DNA from: a candidate division FCPU426 bacterium
GTDB taxonomy: Bacteria > Oederibacteriota > JAAXVQ01 > JAUVAV01
Reading direction: 5' to 3'
Length of the DNA stretch: 64,000 bases
Assembly (NCBI GenBank): GCA_040756875.1
Contig: JBFLYH010000001.1
Location: forward strand, 160,001-224,000
Under the pieces are notes generated by a model. That model searched no databases and was not told where the DNA came from. It was given only the letters and a program-made list of their open reading frames with translations. The position numbers and the translations under genes were made by a program. Shown here one piece after another: positions 1-11,173 of the stretch. How positions within the stretch are numbered: position 1 is the first letter of the stretch; the number at the start of each line of letters is the position of its first letter.

Positions 1-2683
1 TGCCGGCGTCCAGGCAGCGTTCGCGGTCGCCTTTCAGGGCGTGGGCCGTCAGCGCGATGATCGGAATGCGGCCGCCGCCCTCCTTTTCCAGCCGCCGGAT
101 TTCCCGCGTCGCCTCGAGCCCGTCCAGCTTCGGCATTTGCACGTCCATCAAAATCAAATCATAGGTCTGTTCGCGCCACCGCGCCAGCGCCTCCTCGCCG
201 TCTCCGGCTTCGGTGACCGCATCGCCATGTTTGGCCAGCATGGTCAGGAGCAGTTGGCGGTTGATGGCATTGTCTTCAACCGCCAGGATGCGCAGGCGGC
301 GTCCGGTTTCCCGCAGGTGATGCTGCGTAATCAGCGGAACGGATGCTTCGCCGGGTTTGGCGGGCGCGAGCACGGCGGAGACCGCGCGCTGCAGCTCCGA
401 CCTTCTCAGCGGCTTGGTCAGATAGGCATCCAGCCCCAGCTCGCGCGCTCTGGCGCCGTCGCCGCGCTGGCCGCCGGAAGTGATGAGGATGATCTTCAGG
501 TCGGCGCCGAGATCGATGGCCTTGATTTTTTCGCATACCCCGAACCCGTCCATCTCCGGCATGCACTTGTCCAGCAGCAGCAGCTTGAAGGGCCGGCCGG
601 AGGCGCGCGCCTCGGCCAGCCGCATGAGCGCCTCGTTTCCGGAGGAGGCCTCGGCGATTTCCATTCCCCAGGGCTGCAGCAGTTCGCGCAGGATCTGCCG
701 GTTGATGTCCAGGTCGTCCACGATCAGCGTTTTCACCCAGGCCAGACCCACGGCGGCGGCCGGTTCCACGGGTTGCGGCTGGGATTGCAGGGGGAAGGGA
801 ATGTCCACGGTGAACGTGCTGCCCTGGCCGGCCCGGCTCGCCACCTGGATGTTTCCACCCATCAATTGAACCAGCTGCCGGCTGATGGACAGGCCCAAGC
901 CGGTTCCGCCGTAGCGGCGGGTGGTGGAGATGTCCGCCTGGGTGAAGGTCTCGAAGATCGTATCCAGTTTGTCCTCCGGGATGCCGATGCCGGTGTCGCT
1001 GATCTGGAAGCGGAACTCGGCCTTTTTATCGGTCTCCGACAATACGTTCACGGCCAGCATGATTTGGCCGCGTTCCGTGAATTTGATCGCATTTCCGAGC
1101 AGGTTGATCAAGATTTGCCGCAGCCGGCCCGGATCGCCCACCAAGCCGGTCGGCGCTTCGGGCGGGACGCGGCAGATGAATTCCAGTTGCTTCTCCGCGG
1201 CTTTGGAGGCTAGGGTTTCAGCCGCGTTCTCGACGGTCAGACGGAGATCGAAGTCGATTTCCTCCAGGAGCATATGGCCGGATTCGATTTTGGCAAAATC
1301 CAGAATGTCGTTGATCAGGCGCACCAGCGCGTCCGAGGCCGTCATGGCTTTCTCCAGGTAATCGCGCTGTTCCGGTGTGGTTTCCGTGTCCAGGAGCAGC
1401 TGCAGCATGCCCATGACGGCGTTCATGGGCGTGCGGATTTCGTGGCTCATGTTGGCGAGGAATTCGGTTTTGGCCAGGCTGGCCTGCTCGGCCAGCACAG
1501 CCAGGTCATTGGCCTGGCGGACCGCTTCGCCCAGCAGGTGGTTGGCGTGTTCGGCCTCCTCGCGGGCCTTGTGCAGGGCCGAAATGTCCACCAGGGCGGT
1601 CAGCAGGGCGGGTTCACCCTCGAGTTCAATGGTCCGGACCGTGCGCAGGATCGGCAAAGCCGGCATGTCGGGCCGGAGCAGCAGGGTTTCGGATTCCATC
1701 TCCACGCCGCAGGCTCCCTCGCCGGCGGTTTCGCCGAGCTTGAAGAAGTCGGAACAGGAGCGCCCCAGAGCGTCTTCGGGGAGCGCCAGGCCCATCATGG
1801 ACAGGGCGGCTGCGTTTACCCGGCGGATGCGGTGGTCGAGGCCGGTTATCATCACGCCGACCGAAAGGTTTTTCAGGATCGCGCGGGGAGTTTCCAGGGC
1901 CTGCTCCAGTTTGGTTTGGACCTGCTGGCGCTGGATGACGCTCGAAAGATTGCCGGCCAGCGAGAGCAGCAGGTAATCTTCGTTTTGGCTCCAGGTGTGC
2001 TCGCCTTGGCAGCTCTCGAAGCCCAGAAACCCCCAGGCGCGGTTGTCCACGCGGATGGGGAGCAGGCGGATGGAAACCACGCCCAGGGACTCCAGGTAGC
2101 CCCGCTCGGCGGGCAGGAGGCTCTGGGTTTCGCTGCGCACACCCTGGCCGGATTCCAACAGCCGCTGCCAGCGGGTGAAAACCGGACGGCTGTACAGGCA
2201 GTTTTGCGTTTCCGGATTGGACATCTGCTGGCTGTAGGGTTTGACCGCCCATTCGTAGCGCCGGCTGAAAGCCGGGTCGCCGGTTTCCGGATGAGGATGA
2301 TTCTGGCACACGTACGCCCGGTGATAGCCGGTAATGGGAACGATCGAGGCGAGGATTTCATAGAGCGCCACCTCATAATCCTCGTTGAAATCCATGATCG
2401 AGAGCAGGCGGTTGGTGGCTTCGTTCAAGGTCTGCAGCAGGAGGGCCTGCTGTTCCCGCTGGCGGTTTTGCTCATGGTGGAATCCGATTTCGATCTGCGT
2501 CAAGTCGCGCAATTCGGCCAAATCGCGGGTGAGCTGGTCGAATAATTCCTCGACCGGCCGCTGGGAGGAAGGATTGAGCCCCTGGGATTCCCTGCGCATG
2601 GACCAGCCGGCCAGGACGCGCCCCAGCACCCAGGCTGCTGTAAATCCGATCGCAATGCCGAGGGCAATCTGCCAATACGCCAC
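1..2683 (-). CDS. Hybrid sensor histidine kinase/response regulator (N-terminal TM, GAF, PAS, HisKA, HATPase, REC); 3' end runs off the left edge
   Basis: Missing from the ORF track because it has no stop in the window. My translation from GTG at 2683 (AGGAGG upstream): [21 protein letters not shown]..., H-box [22 protein letters not shown] near 1440, G-box [11 protein letters not shown], receiver motifs LIVDD and [11 protein letters not shown]. Confidence 0.9.
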   Translation of the reverse strand, partial: MAYWQIALGIAIGFTAAWVLGRVLAGWSMRRESQGLNPSSQRPVEELFDQLTRDLAELRDLTQIEIGFHHEQNRQREQQALLLQTLNEATNRLLSIMDFNEDYEVALYEILASIVPITGYHRAYVCQNHPHPETGDPAFSRRYEWAVKPYSQQMSNPETQNCLYSRPVFTRWQRLLESGQGVRSETQSLLPAERGYLESLGVVSIRLLPIRVDNRAWGFLGFESCQGEHTWSQNEDYLLLSLAGNLSSVIQRQQVQTKLEQALETPRAILKNLSVGVMITGLDHRIRRVNAAALSMMGLALPEDALGRSCSDFFKLGETAGEGACGVEMESETLLLRPDMPALPILRTVRTIELEGEPALLTALVDISALHKAREEAEHANHLLGEAVRQANDLAVLAEQASLAKTEFLANMSHEIRTPMNAVMGMLQLLLDTETTPEQRDYLEKAMTASDALVRLINDILDFAKIESGHMLLEEIDFDLRLTVENAAETLASKAAEKQLEFICRVPPEAPTGLVGDPGRLRQILINLLGNAIKFTERGQIMLAVNVLSETDKKAEFRFQISDTGIGIPEDKLDTIFETFTQADISTTRRYGGTGLGLSISRQLVQLMGGNIQVASRAGQGSTFTVDIPFPLQSQPQPVEPAAAVGLAWVKTLIVDDLDINRQILRELLQPWGMEIAEASSGNEALMRLAEARASGRPFKLLLLDKCMPEMDGFGVCEKIKAIDLGADLKIILITSGGQRGDGARARELGLDAYLTKPLRRSELQRAVSAVLAPAKPGEASVPLITQHHLRETGRRLRILAVEDNAINRQLLLTMLAKHGDAVTEAGDGEEALARWREQTYDLILMDVQMPKLDGLEATREIRRLEKEGGGRIPIIALTAHALKGDRERCLDAG

Positions 2684-2836
2684 CAGGCGCCTCCTGCGGG
2701 CCGGATTCCATTTAAACCGGAAAACCCGCTTCGGACTTGTTCCTACTCTGCAAGCTTCCTGGTTATTGTCGGCTGTTTTTCCATCCGACTGAATGGCCGG
2801 TCCGTTAAAACCCCTCTTTTTAAAGGAAAATAACGC

Positions 2837-2865
2837 TTGCATTCGCGCGATGGCACGGCTACAAT
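2837..2865 (+). promoter_or_regulatory. Putative sigma70 promoter of eno
   Basis: TTGCAT-17 nt-TACAAT about 50 nt before the start codon. Confidence 0.55.
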
Positions 2866-2913
2866 ACCGCCTGTTTTTTAATCATGCCCAACTTATCCGC
2901 CCAGGAGGCCAGC

Positions 2914-4200
2914 ATGCCCAAGAAAATAAAAATCGAAAAAGTCAGCGCTTTGGAGATCCTTGATTCCAGGGGCAATCCCACGGTCCGCGTATTCGTGACC
3001 GCGAAAGGGCAGGATACGGTGTCCGCCTCGGTGCCCTCGGGCGCTTCGACGGGCGAGCACGAAGCGGTCGAATTGCGGGACGGCGACAAATCGCGTTATT
3101 TGGGCAAAGGCACCAGCAAAGCCGTGGCCCATGTCAACGGTGAGATTGCCGAGGCCGTGACCGGCATGGATGTGCTCGATTTCAAAGCCGTGGACAAAGC
3201 CCTCTTGAAATTGGACGGTACGCCCAACAAAGGCCGGCTCGGAGCCAACGCCATCCTGGGCGTGTCCATGGCCGTGGTCAAAGCCGCGGCTCAAGCCGAA
3301 GGGCTGCCGGTTTACCGGTATCTCGGCGGCGCCAAGGCCAAGCAGCTGCCGGCGCCCATGATGAACATCATCAACGGTGGCAAGCACGCGGACAACAGCG
3401 TGGATTTCCAGGAGTTCATGGCCATGCCCCTGGGCCGGCCGTCCTTCCGTGAAGCCCTGCGCGCAGGCGCGGAAACTTTCCACCATCTGGCCAAGATTTT
3501 GAAGAAGAAAGGGTACTCCACCGCCGTTGGAGACGAAGGCGGATTCGCGCCCAACCTCAAGAGCAACGAAGAGGCCTGCGAAGTCATTCTCGAGGCGATC
3601 CAGGCCGCGGGGTACCAGCCCGGCCAGGACATCATGATCGCCCTGGACCCGGCCGCGAGTTCGCTCTACGAAAACGGGAAATACAACCTGGCGGATTCGG
3701 GCAGCGGTTATAAGACCACGGACGAAATGATCGCCCTGTGGGAGGCCTGGGTGCAGCGCTATCCGATCGTGTCCATCGAAGATCCCCTGTATGAAAACGA
3801 TTGGACGGGATTCCAAAAATTCACCCAGCGGGTGGGCAATAAGATCCAAGTGGTGGGCGACGATTTGTTCGTCACCAATCCCGCCTTTGTCAAGAAAGGC
3901 ATCGAGCAGAAGGCCGCGAACGCCGTGCTGGTTAAAGTCAATCAGATCGGGACCATCTCCGAAACCATCGCCACCATCAAGCTTTGCCAGAAGGCGGGTT
4001 GGAACTACATCATTTCCCACCGCTCCGGCGAAACCGAAGACACGTTCATCGCCGATTTGGCCGTGGCCATGGGCGGCGGGCAGATCAAGACCGGGTCCGC
4101 CAGCCGCAGCGACCGCATCGCCAAATACAACCGGCTGCTGGAAATCGAGGCCGAGCTCGGCAAAAAAGCGCTGTACCGGAACGTAGTGACCAAACGCTGA
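2914..4200 (+). CDS. eno: Enolase
   Basis: [52 protein letters not shown] motifs; AGGAGG before ATG 2914. Confidence 0.98.
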   Translation: MPKKIKIEKVSALEILDSRGNPTVRVFVTAKGQDTVSASVPSGASTGEHEAVELRDGDKSRYLGKGTSKAVAHVNGEIAEAVTGMDVLDFKAVDKALLKLDGTPNKGRLGANAILGVSMAVVKAAAQAEGLPVYRYLGGAKAKQLPAPMMNIINGGKHADNSVDFQEFMAMPLGRPSFREALRAGAETFHHLAKILKKKGYSTAVGDEGGFAPNLKSNEEACEVILEAIQAAGYQPGQDIMIALDPAASSLYENGKYNLADSGSGYKTTDEMIALWEAWVQRYPIVSIEDPLYENDWTGFQKFTQRVGNKIQVVGDDLFVTNPAFVKKGIEQKAANAVLVKVNQIGTISETIATIKLCQKAGWNYIISHRSGETEDTFIADLAVAMGGGQIKTGSASRSDRIAKYNRLLEIEAELGKKALYRNVVTKR

Positions 4201-4220
4201 CGCGGTTAGAATCAACCCTC

Positions 4221-4251
4221 GGGGCGGGCCTCTGGCCCGCCCCTTTTTTTT
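4221..4251 (+). terminator. Intrinsic terminator of eno
   Basis: GGGGCGGGCC-TCT-GGCCCGCCCC followed by T8. Confidence 0.9.
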
Positions 4252-4354
4252 CAACCCTTCTCTCCCACCTAACCTTTGCCTGGCCGGTTGCCGATCCTAA
4301 TGACGAACCACGCTGCTCCATATTTGTGCGTCGCGGGCCACGCGGGAGACTTGC

Positions 4355-6895
4355 ATGCCGGAAACGCCGTTTTCCATACCGGGACCTCAAGCTCTGCAAT
4401 TTCCGCAGGGAGCCGACCCCTATGCCATGCTGCCCTGCCCGGACCTCGGCCTTTGGCATTGGGACTTGCCCACGGGCAGTTTCAATTACGACAACCGCTG
4501 GAAGGAAATGGTGGGCTGCCCGCCGGAGGCAAACACCCGGACGCGGGCGTGGTGGGAAAACTTGATCCATCCCGAGGACCGGCCGCACCTGGCCGGCGCG
4601 GTGGAGCAAATCCATATTTACCAGGTCCCGTTCTACGAGGTGGAATACCGGCTGTGCCTTCCGGATGGGAGCTGCCGCTGGATTCTGGACCGGGGCTGGG
4701 TCAGCGCCCGGGAGGCGGATGGCAGCGTGTCCCAACTGATCGGCCTGCATTTTGACATCACCCGCCGGCGCGAGGAACAGGAACGGGCAAAGCGGAGTTA
4801 CCAGACGCAGGCGGTGTTGCATGAACTGATCAATCTTTCCCTCGAAACCTGCCAACTCAACGAATTGCTGGTCAAAGTTATCGAACGCCTGGTGACCGTC
4901 CCCTGGCTCAGCCTGGAGCCGGCCGGCGCGGTTTTCCTGGCCGAACCCAACAGCGAGGCGTTTGTCCTAATGGCCGCCTTGAACCTTCCCGGACCAGCCT
5001 GCCGCCAGTGCGCCAAGATCAAACCCGGGAATTGCTTCTGCGGACGGGCGGCCAAACTGGGCCAACCCGTGATCGTGGACACGGAACGTGAAAACCTTTC
5101 GGCCTTCATGCCGCCCCATCTGCATTACAGCCTGCCCCTGCTCACGTCCGAGCAAAGCGTGCTGGGCGTGCTGAGCCTCTACGGCAAAGGCGGACGCGTC
5201 CCGGATCTCAATGAGGTGGCGTTCCTGGTCAATGTCACCCAGGTCGTGGTCGGCATTGTGCAACGGGCGCGGGCCGAGGAAACGACGATCCGGGCCAGGG
5301 AAGCCATTGCGGCCAATGCGGCCAAAAGCGAGTTCGTGGCCCACCTGAGCCACGAGCTGCGCACGCCCTTGAACGGCATCATCGGCATGACCGACTGCCT
5401 GATGGAGACGGGTCTGTCGGTCGACAGCCGGGACTGCGCCCAGGTGATCCGCAACAGCGCCGACGTGCTGTTGACGCTGATCAACGGCGTGCTGGATCTC
5501 TCGAAGATCGAGGCGGGCAAAATGACGCTCGAGGAGCGGACGTTCGACCTCTGCCGGCTGCTGGAACAGCGCCGCAGCCTGTTCGCGGCCCAGGCGCAGG
5601 AGAAGCGCCTGGAATTCGTGTGCGCGGTGGCGGCCGGCGTGCCGCGGCGGGTGACCGGCGATGAAGCCCGGCTGTCCCAGGTGCTGATGAACCTGGTGTC
5701 CAATGCGCTCAAGTTCACCTCCGCCGGGAAGGTCGGCCTGGAAGTGAGGACGCAGGTGGAGACAGCGGAAACCGCGCTGCTGGAGTTCAAGGTGAGCGAT
5801 ACGGGCATCGGCATTCCCATGGACCGCCAGGCCGTCCTGTTCCAACCTTACGTGCAGGCCGAGGCGTCCATCTCGCGGGATTACGGCGGCACGGGCCTGG
5901 GGCTCTCAATTTCCCGGCGTCTGGTGGAGCTGATGGGAGGGCGGATCGGGCTGGAAAGCGAGCCGGGCCGGGGCTCGACTTTTTGGTTTACCGTGGAGGT
6001 GCGCAAACCGGCCGCCGGCGAGGAACCTGGGCCCAAGACTGAATCCCAGGGGGAAAACCACGCCCGGCCGGATGAAAACAGGGTCAAGGGAAGCATCCTC
6101 GTGGCCGAAGATAATCCTACGAACCAGAATGTGATCCGCCGCATGCTGGGCAAACTGGGTTACCAGCCGATCCTGGCCGGGAATGGCCGGGAGGCCCTGG
6201 AATTGCTTGAACAGCGTGCGTTTGACTTGATATTCATGGACATCCAAATGCCCGAAATGGACGGGCTGACCGCCACGCGGAAAATCCGGTTCGGAACGCT
6301 GCCCGAACTCCGGCGTGCGATACCGATTGTGGCCATGACCGCGCATGCGCTGGCCAGCGACCGGGAAAAGTGCCTGAACGCAGGGATGAACGATTTTATC
6401 ACCAAACCGATACGGCTCGACGCGCTGGCGGAGACGCTGCAGAAGAACCTGCCGGCAAACCACCCGGCCCCGGCGCCGGAATCGGAGCCGAAACGCGAAC
6501 CGGCCGCGGAGGACGACGGAAAGGTTTTTTCATACTCGCAGGCTTTGGAACGGTTCGGAGGGGACAGGGAATTGCTGATTGAGATTTTGGACACTTTCTC
6601 GCAGGATGCGCCGGCGCAGATCGACGGCTTGACCCGCGCCTGGTCCGGAGGCGCGGAAGCGCAGGAGGTGGCCAACCGCGCCCATACGCTCAAAGGCGCC
6701 GCCGGCAACGCCGGCGCCCTGAGCCTGCAAGACATGGCCGCGGCTTTGCAACACGCGGCTGAAGCCGGCGACCTGAAAAAGGCTGAAACGCTGGTGCAGG
6801 CCATTCCCGGGGAGTATGCGCGGTTTCAAGACGCCTGGAAACGGTTCAGTATACAGGCATCGGAAGGAGGAGCGTATGCGAACGCTGGTGGTTGA
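4355..6895 (+). CDS. Hybrid histidine kinase (PAS, GAF, HisKA, HATPase, REC, HPt)
   Basis: [47 protein letters not shown]...[11 protein letters not shown]; HPt [10 protein letters not shown]. Confidence 0.93.
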   Translation: MPETPFSIPGPQALQFPQGADPYAMLPCPDLGLWHWDLPTGSFNYDNRWKEMVGCPPEANTRTRAWWENLIHPEDRPHLAGAVEQIHIYQVPFYEVEYRLCLPDGSCRWILDRGWVSAREADGSVSQLIGLHFDITRRREEQERAKRSYQTQAVLHELINLSLETCQLNELLVKVIERLVTVPWLSLEPAGAVFLAEPNSEAFVLMAALNLPGPACRQCAKIKPGNCFCGRAAKLGQPVIVDTERENLSAFMPPHLHYSLPLLTSEQSVLGVLSLYGKGGRVPDLNEVAFLVNVTQVVVGIVQRARAEETTIRAREAIAANAAKSEFVAHLSHELRTPLNGIIGMTDCLMETGLSVDSRDCAQVIRNSADVLLTLINGVLDLSKIEAGKMTLEERTFDLCRLLEQRRSLFAAQAQEKRLEFVCAVAAGVPRRVTGDEARLSQVLMNLVSNALKFTSAGKVGLEVRTQVETAETALLEFKVSDTGIGIPMDRQAVLFQPYVQAEASISRDYGGTGLGLSISRRLVELMGGRIGLESEPGRGSTFWFTVEVRKPAAGEEPGPKTESQGENHARPDENRVKGSILVAEDNPTNQNVIRRMLGKLGYQPILAGNGREALELLEQRAFDLIFMDIQMPEMDGLTATRKIRFGTLPELRRAIPIVAMTAHALASDREKCLNAGMNDFITKPIRLDALAETLQKNLPANHPAPAPESEPKREPAAEDDGKVFSYSQALERFGGDRELLIEILDTFSQDAPAQIDGLTRAWSGGAEAQEVANRAHTLKGAAGNAGALSLQDMAAALQHAAEAGDLKKAETLVQAIPGEYARFQDAWKRFSIQASEGGAYANAGG

Positions 6896-7274
6896 GGACG
6901 ATTTCACCAGCCGGAAGCTGCTGCAGCGTTTCCTGGCGTTCTACGGGGAATGCGACGTGGCGGTCAACGGCACGGAGGCGGTGGAGGCTTTCAGGGAGAG
7001 CCTGAAGAGGGGCGACCGTTATGATCTGATCTGCCTGGACATCCGCCTGCCGGAAAAAAACGGCCATGAGGTGCTGGAGGAGATTCGCCGCATCGAGGCG
7101 GAACGGGGCATCAACGGCCTGGACGCCTCCAAAGTCATCATGACGACCGCGGCAGGCGACGCCAAGAGCGTCTGCTCCGCGTTCCGCTCGCAATGCGACG
7201 GCTACCTCGTCAAACCGTACGACCGCAGCAAGATGGCCGTGCAGTTGAAGGAACTGGGGTTGATCAAAATCTGA
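6876..7274 (+). CDS. Single-domain CheY-like response regulator
   Basis: [30 protein letters not shown]; overlaps the kinase stop. Confidence 0.92.
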   Translation: MRTLVVEDDFTSRKLLQRFLAFYGECDVAVNGTEAVEAFRESLKRGDRYDLICLDIRLPEKNGHEVLEEIRRIEAERGINGLDASKVIMTTAAGDAKSVCSAFRSQCDGYLVKPYDRSKMAVQLKELGLIKI

Positions 7275-7284
7275 ACGCCCCGGC

Positions 7285-7575
7285 TCATTCCAAAACGTGA
7301 TCGAGGCCTGATTTGACCAGCGCTTCGATATGTGCGTCGATCAGGCGGTAAAAACAGGTTTGGCCGGCGCGGCGCCGTTCCACCAGCCGGGCGGTCCGCA
7401 GTTGGCGAAGTTGGTGGGAAACCGCGGAAATCGTCACGCCGAGCAGCCTGGCCAACTGGCCCACGGACCGCTCCCGATCTGCCAGCAACATCAACAAATG
7501 AAGCCGGCAGGGATCGCTCAAATGCCGGAACAGGTCGGCCGCCGCCTGCAACCGGGCGCGATCACCGGACTTCAC
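7285..7575 (-). CDS. ArsR/SmtB-family metalloregulator with an alpha5 metal site
   Basis: LSDPCRLHLL...SAVSHQLRQLR HTH; C-terminal DAH-x10-H-x2-E matches the SmtB/CzrA alpha5 site. Confidence 0.92.
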   Translation of the reverse strand: MKSGDRARLQAAADLFRHLSDPCRLHLLMLLADRERSVGQLARLLGVTISAVSHQLRQLRTARLVERRRAGQTCFYRLIDAHIEALVKSGLDHVLE

Positions 7576-8858
7576 GGCTGCCTCCGGCCGGAATCAGGCA
7601 CTTGGTAACCCGCTTCCTGCACCGCCCGGGCCAGTTGTTCGCGTTCCAAATCCCGCCCCCATACCAGCGCACAGCCGTGTTCCAAATCCACGCTGACATT
7701 TTTCACGTTGGGCAATTTGGACAGCGCGCTTTCCACCCGCCGGGCGCAGGACTGGCAGCTCATGCCCGCGACCGGCAGTGAGGTCCGTTCTTCCTGGGCG
7801 CGCCGACTGCGGCGGCCGAGCCAGGCTGTAGCATCCAGCCACGACCAGCGTGCGATCAGGGCCGCCAGCGCAGCCGCGGCCAGGGCGCTGACAACCTGCC
7901 AGACCGGCGACGCAGTGTGATGATGGTGAAGGCCGAGGATCCAGCCCGAGGAATTGCCCCCCAGCCAGGTTTGGAAGATCCAGCCGAAAACCATGCTGCC
8001 CAGGACGATCGTGGCCAGATACACCGCGAGGTTCTTCCAGCCCAAGGTCCGGTAGACCGCGCCCACGGTGGCGGCATTGGAGGCCGGGCCGGCCATTAGA
8101 AACACCAGCGCGGACCCCAGGGGCAGGCCGGCTGCGATCAGCGAGGCTGCGATGGGGACCGATCCCGTGGCGCAGACGTACAGGGGCAGGGAGATCAGCA
8201 ACATCAGCAGCATGCCCAGTGGTCCCTGCAAGGCCGGGATGTGGGCCAGGGACTGCGCGGGGAACACGACCGCGATCAGGGCCGCGATCAGAATGCCGGC
8301 CGCGAGGTAGCGGTAAATGCCACCCAACAGCTCTTCCACGGTATAGCTGTAAAAGACCTTCAGCCCTTGGGTGAACGAAAGGCGCGCGGGCGAAGCGGCA
8401 GGCCCGGGAGTAGGGGGCGGCGCCGGAGCCGAAGCGGACGGACGGCCTTCCAATCCGTGCGTCACCAGGCCGCCGACGACGCCGGTGACCAGGGCAGCCG
8501 CCACCTTGAACAGGGCGAAAGGCCAGCCAAAAAACGAGGCGCTGACCATCACGGAATCCAGCCCGGTCTGAGGCGTGCTGATCAGGAAACCGACCGTGGC
8601 GCCATCGCTGGCGCCGGATTTTTTCAGGCCCAAGGCGGTCGGGATCACTCCGCAGGAACAGAGGGGAAGGGGAACGCCAATGGCCACGGTCTTAAAGATG
8701 CTCGACAACCTGCGCCCGCCCAGGTGCCGCGAGACGAAGTCAGCGGGCAGAAACAGCTTCAATAATCCTGCAATGGCCATGCCCAGGAACAACCAGGGGG
8801 CCAGTTCGGTCAGAATAGACCAAAGGGAAAACAGGTAATTGCTTATCAAGGACCACAT
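7572..8858 (-). CDS. DUF318/ArsP-type permease with C-terminal HMA domain (putative Zn/Cu efflux)
   Basis: PLPLCSCGVIP and LYVCATGSVP motifs, many TM helices, HHHH tract, GMSCQSC HMA motif; GGAGG before ATG 8858. Confidence 0.88.
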   Translation of the reverse strand: MWSLISNYLFSLWSILTELAPWLFLGMAIAGLLKLFLPADFVSRHLGGRRLSSIFKTVAIGVPLPLCSCGVIPTALGLKKSGASDGATVGFLISTPQTGLDSVMVSASFFGWPFALFKVAAALVTGVVGGLVTHGLEGRPSASAPAPPPTPGPAASPARLSFTQGLKVFYSYTVEELLGGIYRYLAAGILIAALIAVVFPAQSLAHIPALQGPLGMLLMLLISLPLYVCATGSVPIAASLIAAGLPLGSALVFLMAGPASNAATVGAVYRTLGWKNLAVYLATIVLGSMVFGWIFQTWLGGNSSGWILGLHHHHTASPVWQVVSALAAAALAALIARWSWLDATAWLGRRSRRAQEERTSLPVAGMSCQSCARRVESALSKLPNVKNVSVDLEHGCALVWGRDLEREQLARAVQEAGYQVPDSGRRQP

Positions 8859-8918
8859 GGCAGGTCCTCCTTTCACAAGCCGCTCCGCCGCAAAATCCGG
8901 CAGTAGTCGATATTTTAA

Positions 8919-8970
8919 TATTTGAATAACTATTCAAATAAACAATACAACGGTATTGCCCGTTTGTCAA
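8919..8970 (-). promoter_or_regulatory. Sigma70 promoter plus SmtB/CadC-type operator
   Basis: Minus strand TTGACA(8970-8965)-17-TATTGT(8947-8942), immediately followed by the perfect inverted repeat TATTTGAATA-AC-TATTCAAATA (8919-8940). Confidence 0.85.
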
Positions 8971-8985
8971 GGGGTGGAAAAGAGC

Positions 8986-10122
8986 TCAAGTATGGGGGTG
9001 AAGCCGGGTGACGATGGCGGCGGAGGTCAGGCGAAATCCCGCGGCCGAAGCTTCCGCGCCGCGCAACCGGATGAGGTCGCCGCGCCGCAGGTCCGGAAAT
9101 ACCCGGTTGGAATCGGAGACATCCCGGGGATGCAGAGCCAGGCCCACGCGGCCTGCGGGTCCGCAAGCTAGGAAACGCCAGCGCCCGTTTTTGGAACGCA
9201 TGCGTTCGGACACGATCAGGAAATCCTCGTTGCCGGCTTCCGGACGGGAATCAGGGGCGGGTGTCAGAACCAACAGGGAGGCTTTCAGCGTTTCCTTCTT
9301 GAACCCGGCCCGGATGATCAGGCGCTTGATAAACGCGCCGGGCTGCCACTCCCACTCCTGATGGCAGCTGTCCACCGGCGGGACCAGGGCCGGACAAGGG
9401 GCCGGAGTCAGGCAGGGGGCGGCCAGGCCGAACCCTTCGGCCAGGGCCTGATTCCGTACGTGCAGCAAATCCCTCGAGGTGGCGGTCAGGGCGGGTTCGA
9501 GGATCACCAGCCACCCGGAACGCCTGAGCAGGGGACGCAGCCCGGCCAGCAAGGCGGTCCGGCGCCGGATCCGGTCCGGCGCGCCGGACCAAAGTTCGTT
9601 CAAAACGTGCTGGAACCCTATGGCGTCAAAGCTGCCGGAAAGCCGCGTTTCGTCCAGGGGGTTCCACTCTCGGCAGTCGTGCGGCAAACCCGCCAGTTGC
9701 GCCAGCCGGTCCGCGAGCCGGAGGATTCTGCGGCTGCGGTCGGCGAAAGTCGCCCGCCGCGCGCCCAAATCGAATGCCGCCGCGGCCAGGGGGCCGGCGC
9801 CTGCGCCCAGTTCCAGCCAGGACTGCGGCACGCGGGGCAAACGGCGGAGCGTATGGAAAGCCTGCAGATAGGAGAGCGGCCAGAAGTAGAGCAGGTAGGC
9901 GCCGAGCAGGTCGGGGGCCCGGAAATAATCCTCGCCGGCCAGGCGGCGTTCGCGCGTCAGGCCGTGCGAGAGCTTCTGCATGCCCCGGACCACCGTCCGT
10001 TCTTCATCCGGCGAGAGGCGTGCTGACGGCCCGGACGGCAGGCCGGCCGCCTCCCGCCAGACAGCGGTCAGGCGCGGCCACCAGCGGTCCAGTTCAGGCC
10101 CGGGCGTTCGCTTGGGGGGCAT
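8986..10122 (-). CDS. Rsm22/METTL17-like SAM-dependent methyltransferase
   Basis: AYLLYFWPLSY, LELGAGAG SAM motif, VLNEL, ILEPA, APC-x5-C-x9-CH. Confidence 0.75.
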   Translation of the reverse strand: MPPKRTPGPELDRWWPRLTAVWREAAGLPSGPSARLSPDEERTVVRGMQKLSHGLTRERRLAGEDYFRAPDLLGAYLLYFWPLSYLQAFHTLRRLPRVPQSWLELGAGAGPLAAAAFDLGARRATFADRSRRILRLADRLAQLAGLPHDCREWNPLDETRLSGSFDAIGFQHVLNELWSGAPDRIRRRTALLAGLRPLLRRSGWLVILEPALTATSRDLLHVRNQALAEGFGLAAPCLTPAPCPALVPPVDSCHQEWEWQPGAFIKRLIIRAGFKKETLKASLLVLTPAPDSRPEAGNEDFLIVSERMRSKNGRWRFLACGPAGRVGLALHPRDVSDSNRVFPDLRRGDLIRLRGAEASAAGFRLTSAAIVTRLHPHT

Positions 10123-10137
10123 GTCCGGGGAAGGGAA

Positions 10138-11049
10138 CTAACGGGTGACCTTGGCTTCCAGCTTGGCGAACTTGTCGAACGGCTTGGCGTCCGTGGAGAC
10201 CCGTCCGCAGCGGCGCAGCACCGCTTCCTCCTCGGGCGTGGGCTGCACCAGATAGGTGGTGGGCGTGAAGTGGTCCAGTTTCCGGCCCGCGCGTTTCAAA
10301 CGGAGCGTGTTTTGTTCCAGACGGCGGTAGCTCAGCGGCTGCATGGAGGCCATGCGGTAGGTCCAGCCCATGCCGAAGCAGGGCATATCCACGCGTGCGG
10401 TCAGCAGGCGGGGGAATACCGAGGTCAGGGTTTTATAGATGGTGGCGAAGGATTCCGGAAAAAGAAAGTAATTGTCCGTGTGGATGGAAAGGATGCCGCC
10501 GGGCTTCAAGCGGGAGCGGCACAGCCGGTAGAACTCCCGGGTGTACAGCATTTTCGATGGGCCGTGAGGCTCGGTCAGATCCACCACCAGGACATCGAAT
10601 TGCTCGCGGTTGTCCTCCAGCCATTTGCGCGCGTCGGTGTAAATGATCTCGATGCGCGGATCCCGCCTGACCCGGCGGATGACGGGGTAATGGCGCGTGC
10701 AGAAATCCACCACCCCGCGGTCGATCTCCAGCATGAGGATGCGCTCCAGGGAGGGGAACTTGGCCGCTTCCTCCAGGGCGAAGCAGTCGCCGCCGCCGAG
10801 GATGCACAGGCTGCGGGGCCGGGCATGGGCCAGCAGCGGCGCTGACACCAGGTATTGGTGGTAGCGGTTTTCGTCGCCTTCGGAAATCTGGATCTTGCCG
10901 TCCAGAAACAGCAGGGTGCCGAACGTGCCGTGTCGGAAGATTTCCATGCTTTGGAACTTGGAGCGCCCCCTGTAAAGGGGCCGCCCGAGGTAGCAATGGC
11001 CGAAGTCGTTGTTTACCCATTCGGTTTTTTGCGCGCTGGTTTTGCCCAT
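10138..11049 (-). CDS. speE: Spermidine synthase / polyamine aminopropyltransferase
   Basis: SKFQSMEI, LFLDGKIQ, DENRYHQ, ILGGGD, EID, FDVLVVDLTEP, LYTREFY; GGGAGG before ATG 11049. Confidence 0.9.
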   Translation of the reverse strand: MGKTSAQKTEWVNNDFGHCYLGRPLYRGRSKFQSMEIFRHGTFGTLLFLDGKIQISEGDENRYHQYLVSAPLLAHARPRSLCILGGGDCFALEEAAKFPSLERILMLEIDRGVVDFCTRHYPVIRRVRRDPRIEIIYTDARKWLEDNREQFDVLVVDLTEPHGPSKMLYTREFYRLCRSRLKPGGILSIHTDNYFLFPESFATIYKTLTSVFPRLLTARVDMPCFGMGWTYRMASMQPLSYRRLEQNTLRLKRAGRKLDHFTPTTYLVQPTPEEEAVLRRCGRVSTDAKPFDKFAKLEAKVTR

Positions 11050-11173
11050 GAAAGACCCTCCCGTAAATTGATGAGCGCACATTATGCCATAAACCTTTGC
11101 CTGCCGGGTAAAAAATGCTTGCCGCAGGGGCGCGCCGGAGGTATAGAATAAGGCCGGATTGAGGAGGGGAAAC

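Noticed and set aside
41-2545. Long plus-strand ORFs (390 and 423 aa) and similar long antisense ORFs across the window
   Set aside because: They are shadows of real genes on the other strand in GC-rich DNA, with no motifs or RBS.
2851-2867. Sigma54 promoter at TGGCACGG upstream of eno
   Set aside because: No GC at the -12 position; the region fits a sigma70 promoter better.
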